Positions 20,045-28,214 of a stretch of 32,000 nt of DNA are shown here, in pieces. Under the pieces are notes generated by a model, which was not told where the DNA came from, did no database searches, and saw only the letters and a program-made list of their open reading frames with translations. The stretch is from Opitutales bacterium. GTDB taxonomy: Bacteria; Verrucomicrobiota; Verrucomicrobiia; Opitutales; PNEW01. The first letter of the stretch is position 1, and every line of letters begins with the position of its first letter. The stretch is from the NCBI GenBank assembly GCA_965219535.1, contig CBDCNV010000002.1, positions 570,001 through 602,000 on the forward strand, in the 5' to 3' direction. The position numbers were made by a program, and so were the translations under genes.

Positions 20045-20653
20045 ATGGTTTCGAGAAACTTAACCAAACGCCAGGTTGACCTGGAAATTATTGCTGAGTG
20101 GGTGGCCCCAGAAAGCCGGGTCCTCGACCTCGGTTGCGGGCGCGGTGTGCTCTTGCAAAATCTTCGCGACGAAAAATCCATTTATGGCGTGGGTGTAGAC
20201 ACCGACCCGATAAAAATTAACGGCTGTATAAAGCGGAGCGTAAACGCTTACCAGGGTGATATTGAAGGTATTTTAAATGAATTCCCCGATAACAATTTTG
20301 ATGTGGTGATTTGTTCGCGTACCGTGCAGGAACTAACAAATCCAGCTAATATTATATTTGAAGCTTTGCGTGTGGGACGTGCCGTTGCGATAGGATTTGT
20401 TAATCATGGTTATTGGGTGAACCGATTGAGCATGGTTTTAAAAGGAAATCGTATAGTCAATGATGTCTATCCGCAGCAATGGTATGAAAGTAGCCCTGAA
20501 AATCCAATCACCGTCAATGAATTTGAATTATTTTGTAAAGAGCATCAGATAGCGATTAAGCGACGTGTTTATTTAGCAGGTGACTGGGATACCAAGCTCA
20601 CTTTTCTCCCCAATCTACTTTCCGGTTACGCCCTTTACGAGATTGCGCGGTGA
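20045..20653 (+). CDS. metW: methionine biosynthesis protein MetW
   Basis: A small methyltransferase-fold protein (VLDLGCGRGVLL). It starts 2 nt after metX, the conserved metXW arrangement. Confidence 0.85.
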   Translation: MVSRNLTKRQVDLEIIAEWVAPESRVLDLGCGRGVLLQNLRDEKSIYGVGVDTDPIKINGCIKRSVNAYQGDIEGILNEFPDNNFDVVICSRTVQELTNPANIIFEALRVGRAVAIGFVNHGYWVNRLSMVLKGNRIVNDVYPQQWYESSPENPITVNEFELFCKEHQIAIKRRVYLAGDWDTKLTFLPNLLSGYALYEIAR

Positions 20654-20682
20654 TACAGAATGAACGATGCAGGAAGTGAATA

Positions 20683-21327
20683 CTACCCGACGAAGATTAG
20701 CATTAATGTGAAAAAGAATCTATAGGCAAGGAAAATTACGGTGCCAATTGCCTTTTGAAAGACTGGAATATTAATCATGACAATGAGAATGATAAAGCCC
20801 CAGCGAGCAAAATTGAGATAAGTTTCATCCCGCATTCCCACTGCATGCTTCAGGAGATGCGATCCATCGAGAGGAGGGATGGGAATCATATTAAAAATTA
20901 TCAGCACACAATTTAGTCGGATTACCAGTCCAAGTAGATTCGCTATCGATTTCACGGGCGCTAAATTTAAAACTACTCCGCCGATCAAGACCATGAGCAG
21001 ACAGATGACCACATTTGAAGCAGGTCCAGCCATGCTTACGAGAATATCATCGCGTACCCGGTTGCGGAAATTGAGCGGGTTTACCATCACCGGTTTACCC
21101 CATCCGAAAATGGAAAATCCGGGAGAAAACAATATCATGATTAGCGGGATGAAGACTGTTCCTATGGGATCAATGTGCGCGATAGGATTAAAAGTTACCC
21201 GCCCCTGCGACCGCGGGGTATGATCACCTAATCTATCGGCGACGATGGCATGTGCCCATTCATGCACACTTAGACTCGCCAGCAATATCAGATAAAGCGC
21301 AATGCCTTGTTTAAAATCAATCTCCAT
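20683..21327 (-). CDS. site-2 protease family (M50) membrane metallopeptidase
   Basis: The HEWAH zinc motif sits in the first transmembrane segment (SVHEWAHAIVADRLGD). The protein is polytopic and 214 aa. Confidence 0.8.
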   Translation of the reverse strand: MEIDFKQGIALYLILLASLSVHEWAHAIVADRLGDHTPRSQGRVTFNPIAHIDPIGTVFIPLIMILFSPGFSIFGWGKPVMVNPLNFRNRVRDDILVSMAGPASNVVICLLMVLIGGVVLNLAPVKSIANLLGLVIRLNCVLIIFNMIPIPPLDGSHLLKHAVGMRDETYLNFARWGFIILIVMINIPVFQKAIGTVIFLAYRFFFTLMLIFVG

Positions 21328-21400
21328 AGTTTATGTAGGATAATTTGACTAGCATCGCGTATAGGCACAAGTTTATTGCATGCAGTTCCTATAAGCTTCG

Positions 21401-21835
21401 TCTTCGGTTGCCACCCTATTGTCATTGCGAGGGAAGCTATCAGCTAACCGCGGCTACCGAGCGTAGCGACATCTTCCGTTCCAGGCGAATAGTCATTGTG
21501 CTTACGGATATCAGACTATGCTCAGGTCTTTCCATTGAAGGTTCATATCTTCAATTCATATTTAAATTACGTAAAAGGAATAAAACAGCAACGCGATAGC
21601 TTGCCTGCCGTGCCGTAGTACCTCAACTGAGGGGTGAAGGCTGATCGTGGTCGCTAAGAAAAATATGTAACTTTTTAGATAATGTAGATCGGCAATCGTA
21701 CTACTGAATGAAACCTTGAATACAGGGTCTGTGATTACGAAATAGACATCCCCCTGGAATGGAAGATGTCGCGTTTCACGCTCGGTAGCTTCGTCGCTTC
21801 ACTTCTCGCAATGACAATAGGGAGGCAGTCGAAGA
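21401..21835. repeat. MITE-like element: ~85-bp imperfect terminal inverted repeats (21401-21485 and 21753-21835) around a 267-nt non-coding spacer
   Basis: The arms share exact blocks: ccctattgtcattgcgag (18 nt), gctaccgagcgt (12 nt) and gcgacatcttcc (12 nt), plus ttccagg. A third copy of the arm lies at 27125-27198. Confidence 0.65.
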
Positions 21836-21859
21836 TCTTTTATTTATCTACATTTCATT

Positions 21860-21918
21860 CTTGTGCCTTCTGTGGCTATTTCCCCAATCGAAAATCGCAA
21901 ATCGGCAATCGCCAATGC
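21860..21918 (+). repeat. composite repeat: 2 nonamer units (cttgtgccttctgtggc), a tattt linker, and 5 phased heptamers (ccaatcg aaaatcg caaatcg gcaatcg ccaatgc)
   Basis: Read directly from the sequence. The same architecture occurs in reverse orientation at 28999-29079. It ends 1 nt before the stop codon of the minus-strand TPR gene. Confidence 0.7.
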
Positions 21919-21919
21919 A

Positions 21920-22903
21920 TTAAGGCAACTGCTTCAACAATTGTTCTTTAGTTTCAGCAAGTTCGGGAACATTGACCTGATCGATAAGCTCACGCGCTTT
22001 TTCCGGGGCTTTCATTTTAATATAGACATTGGCTTTATGCAAAAGGATGGCAGCGAGCTCGGACTCAGAGTTCACACTATTGCCGACAGACTCCCAGGCT
22101 TGAAGGGCCTCGTTCCAAGCGGGATTCTTTAAATCATAAAAAGATTCAGCATAGCGAAACTGAAAATCGATATTATCGGGGTCAAGGCGAGCGGCCTCGT
22201 AAAAAGCTTTACTCATTTGCCGGTCAAGTGTGTCGCGGTTAAACATCCCACTGGTAAAAAAAAGATCGCGGAATTGATAAAGCAATTCACCCAATTGATA
22301 GGTGTAAAGTGCAGTATCGGGACTCAGCTCAATGGCTATTAAAAAATAAGCTAAAGCTTCTTCGAAATTGCCTATTTCCGCGTGATAATTTCCTAACTGT
22401 TGTTTTACTATCGCTAAATTAGGATCGAGACTGTTAGCTTTTAAAAAGATAAGCTGTGCGTCTTCAATTCGGTCAAGTTTTCTTAGTAGCTTGCCATAGA
22501 GAACGAGGGAAAGAACATCTTCCGGGTTTTCGGTAAGATAGGATTCATAATCTGAAATCAGATTTCTCACACTAATTTCCAAATTGCCCAATTCATCCGA
22601 ACCATCACTATTTTCAATGCGCTTAAATATTGCCTCCTGATCTTTCTGAATTTTGATCAGCTTGCGCTCGCCCAAAGTCATACTGCCGGTATTAAGGGGT
22701 TGCTTTTCCTCGTATACTCGATCCGTGGTGCAACTGAAATTAGCAATAACTAGAGCGGTAATAAACACGGTGTGAACGATTTGCTGGTAGTATGAATGAA
22801 AAGTCGCAACATCCGGACGACTCCGTGTTCGATTGGCATAGCGTGAAGTAAAGTCATCGGCAGCTAATCTGCCCGTCTGTTTTCGTGTCATGGATTCTCT
22901 CAA
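21920..22903 (-). CDS. TPR-repeat protein with an N-terminal membrane anchor or signal
   Basis: A hydrophobic segment (VHTVFITALVIANFSC) is followed by repeated TPR-like helices (AQLIFLKANSLDPN, ALAYFLIAIELSPD, AFYEAARLDPDN). It starts 4 nt after the FAD-reductase stop. Confidence 0.7.
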   Translation of the reverse strand: MRESMTRKQTGRLAADDFTSRYANRTRSRPDVATFHSYYQQIVHTVFITALVIANFSCTTDRVYEEKQPLNTGSMTLGERKLIKIQKDQEAIFKRIENSDGSDELGNLEISVRNLISDYESYLTENPEDVLSLVLYGKLLRKLDRIEDAQLIFLKANSLDPNLAIVKQQLGNYHAEIGNFEEALAYFLIAIELSPDTALYTYQLGELLYQFRDLFFTSGMFNRDTLDRQMSKAFYEAARLDPDNIDFQFRYAESFYDLKNPAWNEALQAWESVGNSVNSESELAAILLHKANVYIKMKAPEKARELIDQVNVPELAETKEQLLKQLP

Positions 22904-22907
22904 TAGC

Positions 22908-24245
22908 TCAGTTTTTTAATACGCATTTTTCGTAAAGACCGGGGAACGCGTTTACGGGATCATACTTTGACTTGAGCCGATCATAAGCACTTTTATTGTA
23001 CAATTCCCAGAATTCTTCATCGGAATAATACGAGGAAGAATACAATGATTTTTTTCCCTGAAGGGTTTTTACCATTTTCTCTACTTTTAGATTATGGTAT
23101 CCGTCATGTGGGGATTTAATCACATCCCAAAACCCAAAGTTTACGTACAATTTGTCCGGGTCCATTTTATACAAATCGAAAACCGTGTTTCGGTCGTGCA
23201 CGCGAGTCGGGCAAACCCAGATCGGACTAATTCTAATTTCTTTCTGAAAAAATTCGAGGAATTGTCTACAATTTTCGATTGGAATTTGCACGTCCTGAAT
23301 AACTGACTCTCGCTTGTCGAATATCCCTGACAGAAAATCAAAAAGAGGGTAATCGTGGTTCAACTTCATAAGTTTGGTGTAAGTCGACGAATTTAATCTT
23401 TTTTTCCCTACAATAAAACGCACTGCAGGGTTCTGAACAAGAAAGTGTTTAGAACACCAGAACCAATCCGTATCCCAGCGCCAGATATAGTCAAAGGTAG
23501 TCAGGTAATCAATTTTCTTTTCTCTAATCGATTTATAATAAATCTCCTTATATGTATAATCACTTACCTCCGGAGCTTGATCAACAAATTCTCCCAAGGT
23601 TATGTAAAGCTCATCTTCGCTGAATAAGGTCCCATCAATAAAATCTACTGATCGATGGGCACAGTGTTCTTTTAAGGCGTGGAAATAATTTATTGGATTA
23701 TCATGTCGAAGATGAGTAATTCTCACATACTTCTTTATGGGGATGAGTTTAACTTTGAGTTTCAGCGCGTACCCTAAAGTTCCATACGAATTTGGAAAAC
23801 CAAAAAAAAGATCCTGGAAATCATTTTCCCTCGTGCAAACGACGGTATTTCCATCACTTAAAAGAATGTCCATCTCTGTGATCGATTCGTGGACCAAACC
23901 TTCTTTAAAAGAAGATGACTCTATACCTCCACCTGAAACCGCACCACCAACGGTAATGGTTTTTAATTGCGGGACAACGGCGGGCATAAATCCGTGCGCT
24001 GAGGTCTCATCGAATAGCTTTTCATAGGTTGTCATCCCTTCAACTTCCACGATAGCTTTCTTTATATCGATGGAAATAATGTCATTAAACTGATCACCCC
24101 GCATCCTCTGGACTCCCTGTCGTTTGCGATGTCGGAACAGATTGGTGGTAGATTTATCTAAAGCAACTGAACCCTTGCCACGTAAGGTTAATAAATTTCG
24201 GGAAAGGGAACTCTTTTTATTTTCATATTCTGATTTAGTTATCAT
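22908..24245 (-). CDS. FAD-binding (PCMH-type) oxidoreductase, DHCR24/DWF1-like
   Basis: TVGGAVSGGGIESSSFKEGLVHESI...DLFFGFPNSYGTLGYALKLKVKLIPIKKYV closely parallels the FAD domain of sterol delta-24 reductases, as I recall it. Confidence 0.8.
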   Translation of the reverse strand: MITKSEYENKKSSLSRNLLTLRGKGSVALDKSTTNLFRHRKRQGVQRMRGDQFNDIISIDIKKAIVEVEGMTTYEKLFDETSAHGFMPAVVPQLKTITVGGAVSGGGIESSSFKEGLVHESITEMDILLSDGNTVVCTRENDFQDLFFGFPNSYGTLGYALKLKVKLIPIKKYVRITHLRHDNPINYFHALKEHCAHRSVDFIDGTLFSEDELYITLGEFVDQAPEVSDYTYKEIYYKSIREKKIDYLTTFDYIWRWDTDWFWCSKHFLVQNPAVRFIVGKKRLNSSTYTKLMKLNHDYPLFDFLSGIFDKRESVIQDVQIPIENCRQFLEFFQKEIRISPIWVCPTRVHDRNTVFDLYKMDPDKLYVNFGFWDVIKSPHDGYHNLKVEKMVKTLQGKKSLYSSSYYSDEEFWELYNKSAYDRLKSKYDPVNAFPGLYEKCVLKN

Positions 24246-25366
24246 CTTATCGACTCATACCCGGCACGGATACCCCCCTTAGATAACACCACTTGCCATA
24301 GATTTATATCGCGTGATCTGAACGCGCCAGCACACGCTAAAAGATAGAAATTCCATATGCGGTAAAACCTTTCATCATAACTTCCATTAAGTTTACTCCA
24401 ATTCTTAGTAAAATTATCATTCCATGCCATGAGTGTTTTGTCGTAATGGGGTCCGAAACTATGCCAGTCTTCCATTACGAATAACCCTTCTGCAGCTTTG
24501 GATAATTGCTGAATCGAAGGGAGATGCGCATGGGGAAAAACATACTTTTGAATCCAGGGATCAAACGGTTTCCAGAGTGATGTATTTCTGCCAATTGTCT
24601 GTAAAAGGAAGATCCCTTCATCGTTAAGGCTGCGATGGACCAGCTCCATCAATGACCGATAATTTTTATAACCTACATGTTCACATAGCCCAATCGCTAA
24701 GACGCGATCATATAACCCGCGCGCATCACGATAATCAGCTTTCACGATCGTTACTGGTAACCCTTCACAGATTTTTCGGGCGTATTTTACCTGCTCTGTG
24801 GAAATGTTGTAACTTACCACCTCGCACTTATATGTGTTCGCTATATGTCGTGCCAGCGTACCAAAGCCACCTCCCAACTCCAGAATTTTCATCCCTGGTT
24901 TAAGCTGAATTTTGTTACATATTAGCTGAATTTTATTTTCCTGCGCTTGGTCCAGGTTATCGCCATCTTTCCAATACGCGCAGGTGTATTGCATATTTTT
25001 ATCGAGCATGAGCTCAAAGAGATCATTACCCAAATCGTAATGTTGCTTCATTACCCGGGTAGACCGTTTCATTGACTGCATGTTGGATAATTTATATTGT
25101 AAAAATCTGAAGAGCTTGAATGGAGCTTCGTATTTTGTGTGTAAGGCAACTCTTGTAATTTTATAAATCATTTGATCCAAGGCCTCACAGCTCCACCATC
25201 CATCTATGTAGGATTCACCCAAGCCAAATGAACCTTCTTTCAGGATACGTTCATAGAGTTTCGTATTGTGAACTTGAATGTCCCAGGGCCTGTCCCCGTT
25301 GATGGTGACATCAGCGAGAGCGAGAACCTGTTGAAACTTCTGCTTCATGAATAATATCCCGGTCAA
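24242..25366 (-). CDS. cfa: cyclopropane-fatty-acyl-phospholipid synthase family SAM-dependent methyltransferase
   Basis: Collinear similarity to E. coli Cfa from memory: LGESYIDGWW, HYDLGNDLF, MQYTCAYWKD, ILELGGGFG, DPWIQKYVFP, FVMEDWH, YLLACAGAFRSRDINLWQVV. The start may be the Met at 25348. The stop overlaps the downstream start by 4 nt. Confidence 0.85.
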   Translation of the reverse strand: MTGILFMKQKFQQVLALADVTINGDRPWDIQVHNTKLYERILKEGSFGLGESYIDGWWSCEALDQMIYKITRVALHTKYEAPFKLFRFLQYKLSNMQSMKRSTRVMKQHYDLGNDLFELMLDKNMQYTCAYWKDGDNLDQAQENKIQLICNKIQLKPGMKILELGGGFGTLARHIANTYKCEVVSYNISTEQVKYARKICEGLPVTIVKADYRDARGLYDRVLAIGLCEHVGYKNYRSLMELVHRSLNDEGIFLLQTIGRNTSLWKPFDPWIQKYVFPHAHLPSIQQLSKAAEGLFVMEDWHSFGPHYDKTLMAWNDNFTKNWSKLNGSYDERFYRIWNFYLLACAGAFRSRDINLWQVVLSKGGIRAGYESIR

Positions 25367-25566
25367 ATTATGTCTAAAAGCTATCCTGACGGAAATTATG
25401 AAATTACTTTAAGAAAATAGGAATTAAAAAATAACGATTTATTACAAAATTAATCTGCCCTCATTCACTCATGTGTTGTAGGTTAATAGGTGGACACTCA
25501 GAACTTTATCTTCAAACCGTACTGAGGTCAATAGACCCACAACGATCAAATCGCTGTGTGGGATAA

Positions 25567-25587
25567 ATAGGCCGACAGACGGCCTAT
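25567..25587 (-). terminator. hairpin ataggccg-acaga-cggcctat downstream of the MATE gene
   Basis: An 8-bp stem 40 nt after the MATE stop on the minus strand. The T-tail is weak (tttatccc). Confidence 0.4.
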
Positions 25588-25627
25588 GGGACAGCGTATG
25601 CAGCTTAATCTATTGAGCTGAATATCC

Positions 25628-27064
25628 TTAAATTCCCGCTTTGGCTTCCAGAATGCGTGCCGTCTCCTCCGCTGTGAGAGGGGCGATTTCAATGACCCGC
25701 ATGCTTTTCCATTTACCAGAGCGAAACCGCATATAGAAAACAATACTGCTCACGATGATATAGATGCATATAAAACTCCAGAGAATGTAAATACTGGCGT
25801 TGAAATAAGTGAGTGCGAGATAGGAGGGAATAATCATTAATATCCACCCCATCGATACATTCATATACATGATGTAACGGGTGTCTCCGGCCCCTTTTAA
25901 TGCCGCCGTAAAGGCCATGTAAACGGCGTCGAACAAACAGTAAATCGCTACGATGCGCAGCAACTTTATGGCTATGCTGCTAACGGCGGCGAAATTGATA
26001 TTTTCGGCACCTGCACTATAGGGGATTAGGAATATTTGGGGAAGGAACCAGTAAATAAGAGTCATGACACTCATATAGATCACAGTGATCTGAAATCCCG
26101 TCCAGATACAGTATTCAGCCTCTTCCGGGCGGTTACTCCCCAGTCTCTGTCCGACCAGGGTTGCCATTGCAATGCTCGCGCCGATTAAGGGCATAAAAGC
26201 CAAGCTGTTGATGTTAAAAGCAATGTTCGTGGCTGCTAATTCTACCATCCCAAGGCGACCGCAGATGAGGATGAAAGATGAGAAGGTGAGCATATCGAGC
26301 ATGAAGTTAATACCGTTTGGGCCCCCAAAGCGAAGCAGACGCTTGAACAATTTTATATCTAATTTCCACCCTCGCAGGGTGTTATATTGCTCCCGATATC
26401 GAGGTCTTAGAATGAGCGAAAAAAATATGAGAGCGGAAGTGAGATTGCCGATATTCGTTGCCCATGCCGCTCCGCGAATGCCCCATGCCGGTAGCCCCCA
26501 TTTACCGAATATGAGGCCATAATCCAAAAATACATTGATTAATGTAGCGAAAACATTGACCCCGAGAATGGTCCAGGTTTTTCCGCGACCGCTATAAAAG
26601 CATGATGCTGAAGCAGAGAGAATAATCGGACTTATCCCGTATGAGAGAATGCGAAAGTAAGTTATTTCTTCACTGCGAATTGAAGTTTCATGGCCGATCA
26701 AGTTGAAGATGGGTTCAGCCAAGGCACCCAGACCCAGACCGAATAATAGGCTGATAAACGCTAAGTACGCGCCCTGCCAGATGGCGGGGCCAACATTTTG
26801 TGGGCGCTTTGCCCCAATGTATTGGGCGACAAAGGTATTGATATAAGTGGCAACTCCAAGGAATAAACTGACGAAGATGAATTGTGTCATCGCTGCAGGC
26901 AAAGCAGCAGCCAGAGCTTCAGTCGAATACCATGTGAGAAATACGCGGTCGACAAAGTGTTGAATGCTCCAGGTAGCAGTGCTGAGGATTAGCGGTAAGG
27001 CGATAATCAGGAATTCACGGTATCCGCCCGGCGCTTTCCATCGGTGTCTGATGTATGCGATCAC
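25628..27064 (-). CDS. MATE-family multidrug/toxic-compound efflux transporter, GTG start
   Basis: A 478-aa protein with about 12 hydrophobic helices. The N-terminal pattern (FLIIALPLILSTATWSIQHFVDRVFL) is typical of MATE/NorM. Confidence 0.85.
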   Translation of the reverse strand: MIAYIRHRWKAPGGYREFLIIALPLILSTATWSIQHFVDRVFLTWYSTEALAAALPAAMTQFIFVSLFLGVATYINTFVAQYIGAKRPQNVGPAIWQGAYLAFISLLFGLGLGALAEPIFNLIGHETSIRSEEITYFRILSYGISPIILSASASCFYSGRGKTWTILGVNVFATLINVFLDYGLIFGKWGLPAWGIRGAAWATNIGNLTSALIFFSLILRPRYREQYNTLRGWKLDIKLFKRLLRFGGPNGINFMLDMLTFSSFILICGRLGMVELAATNIAFNINSLAFMPLIGASIAMATLVGQRLGSNRPEEAEYCIWTGFQITVIYMSVMTLIYWFLPQIFLIPYSAGAENINFAAVSSIAIKLLRIVAIYCLFDAVYMAFTAALKGAGDTRYIMYMNVSMGWILMIIPSYLALTYFNASIYILWSFICIYIIVSSIVFYMRFRSGKWKSMRVIEIAPLTAEETARILEAKAGI

Positions 27065-27073
27065 AAGTTAAAT

Positions 27074-27108
27074 GGATTTGCCATGGTCGATATCAGGTTG
27101 TCGATTTT
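27074..27108 (-). repeat. degenerate heptamer tract (cgatttt / cgatatc units on the plus strand), 9 nt upstream of the MATE start
   Basis: The reverse complement reads aaaatcg acaacct gatatcg accatgg caaatcc in 7-nt phase. Only 2-3 units are good matches. Confidence 0.4.
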
Positions 27109-27124
27109 CTATGGGTGGATTAAA

Positions 27125-27278
27125 CTAATTGTCATTGCGTGAATCCCGCAACCGCGGGAGAGGAAGCTACCGCGCGTGAAACACGACATCTTCGTTCCGG
27201 TGGGGATTCGCGTGATTCTTGTCAGTCCCTTGAAACGCTACCGTCAGCTATCACCTTCTTCAGGAAGACAATAGGGTG
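27125..27278 (+). repeat. compact copy of the family-1 repeat, with an inverted terminal block at its far end
   Basis: 27125-27198 (ctaattgtcattgcg...gctaccgcgcgtgaaacacgacatcttcgttcc) aligns with the arms at 21401-21485 and 21753-21835. 27264-27278 (gaagacaatagggtg) is the reverse complement of the element start (caccctattgtc). Confidence 0.6.
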
Positions 27279-27374
27279 AGTGCAATACCCCTGTCTAGAA
27301 ATATCCAAATAATCTAAAATAATAATCTTTTCTGAGTCCTGAGCTCTAAGGTTAAATCTAGGATCGGTAATACT

Positions 27375-28004
27375 TTACTTTTTAAGACTCAACCGAATTT
27401 GCTTTGCGTGTTCTTCAATTAAAATTGCTTCATCAGTCTTACCAATTTTTTTAAATACCTTTGCCAGCATTTCTAAAATGATTATTGTACTGGGATGGTC
27501 CTTCCCCAAAGCTTTTTCTCTTATCGATAGAGCTCGCTTGAATAGACTTACCGCTTCCGCATAACGGCCTTGAGCGCGGTAGACATTAGCGATATTATAA
27601 AGAGATTGTTCTAGATCGGGATAGTATATACCAAGAATGTCTCCTCTTATAACAAGTGCGCGCAGATGAAGTGGTTCGGCGGCGTTATAATTGCCTTTGC
27701 TAACATGCTGTTCTGCTAAATTGTTCAGAATGGCCGCAAAATTTTTTAATGCGAGTTCCACGTCAGGATGCTCAGGCCCATAAATCTCAGTCCCTATCTT
27801 TACGACTTCTTCGGCAATTTTCGATGCTTCTTCAAAGCGCCCTTCTTGGTCCAGAACCAGAATTTGTTTTCTAAGTTCCTCAAAAGCCGTCAGTTGGTCC
27901 CACAGTGACTCTTCGGCATAGGTAGTTAGCGCCCATGTAAACATCCCGATTCCTACCGCGATCGGTTTTAATAATATAATTAGATTTTTTCCTGACGCCT
28001 TCAT
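27375..28004 (-). CDS. secreted TPR-repeat protein (TPR_10/12, kinesin-light-chain-like repeats)
   Basis: A signal-peptide-like N-terminus (LIILLKPIAVGIGMFTWALTTYA) is followed by repeats of the A..Y.RAL.I.E..LG..HP type. Confidence 0.7.
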   Translation of the reverse strand: MKASGKNLIILLKPIAVGIGMFTWALTTYAEESLWDQLTAFEELRKQILVLDQEGRFEEASKIAEEVVKIGTEIYGPEHPDVELALKNFAAILNNLAEQHVSKGNYNAAEPLHLRALVIRGDILGIYYPDLEQSLYNIANVYRAQGRYAEAVSLFKRALSIREKALGKDHPSTIIILEMLAKVFKKIGKTDEAILIEEHAKQIRLSLKK

Positions 28005-28214
28005 GGGGGATAGTCATAATAGTGTTAAATCCGCTCACACCAATTCTTCACCTCGTTTTAGTATATATCTTAAATGGATTTACAAGCGTTTTATCGATTC
28101 TGGTTTGTCGGGCTTCACCTTCGGTAGACGCGAGCACCGATCTCTTTTCCTCAATAATGGGCTGGGGACAAGCTCACTGCTTTTTACATTCGTTGCCTGA
28201 TTTTCTCTATTGCA

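Noticed and set aside
21486-21752. The spacer of the inverted repeat as a known structured RNA (tmRNA, RNase P, SRP or 6S).
   Set aside because: No diagnostic motifs are present: no GGGGCUGA...UCCACCA ends, no GAGGAAAGUCC and no SRP GNAR-loop helix. The ggggtgaaggctgatcg stretch only superficially resembles a tmRNA 5' end.
21884-21918. Whether the heptamer tracts could be a CRISPR array or a replication-origin iteron set.
   Set aside because: The units are 7 nt, contiguous and without spacers, so they are not CRISPR. There are no DnaA boxes, AT-rich unwinding element or rep gene nearby, so they do not look like an origin.
21345-21951. ORFs 21345-21599 and 21766-21951 in the gap between the M50 and TPR genes.
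   Set aside because: Both are translations of the repeat arms and the nonamer/heptamer tract (HCEGSYQLTAATERSDIF, SCAFCGYFPNRKSQIGNRQ). They are reverse-complement-related to each other and have no coding signature.
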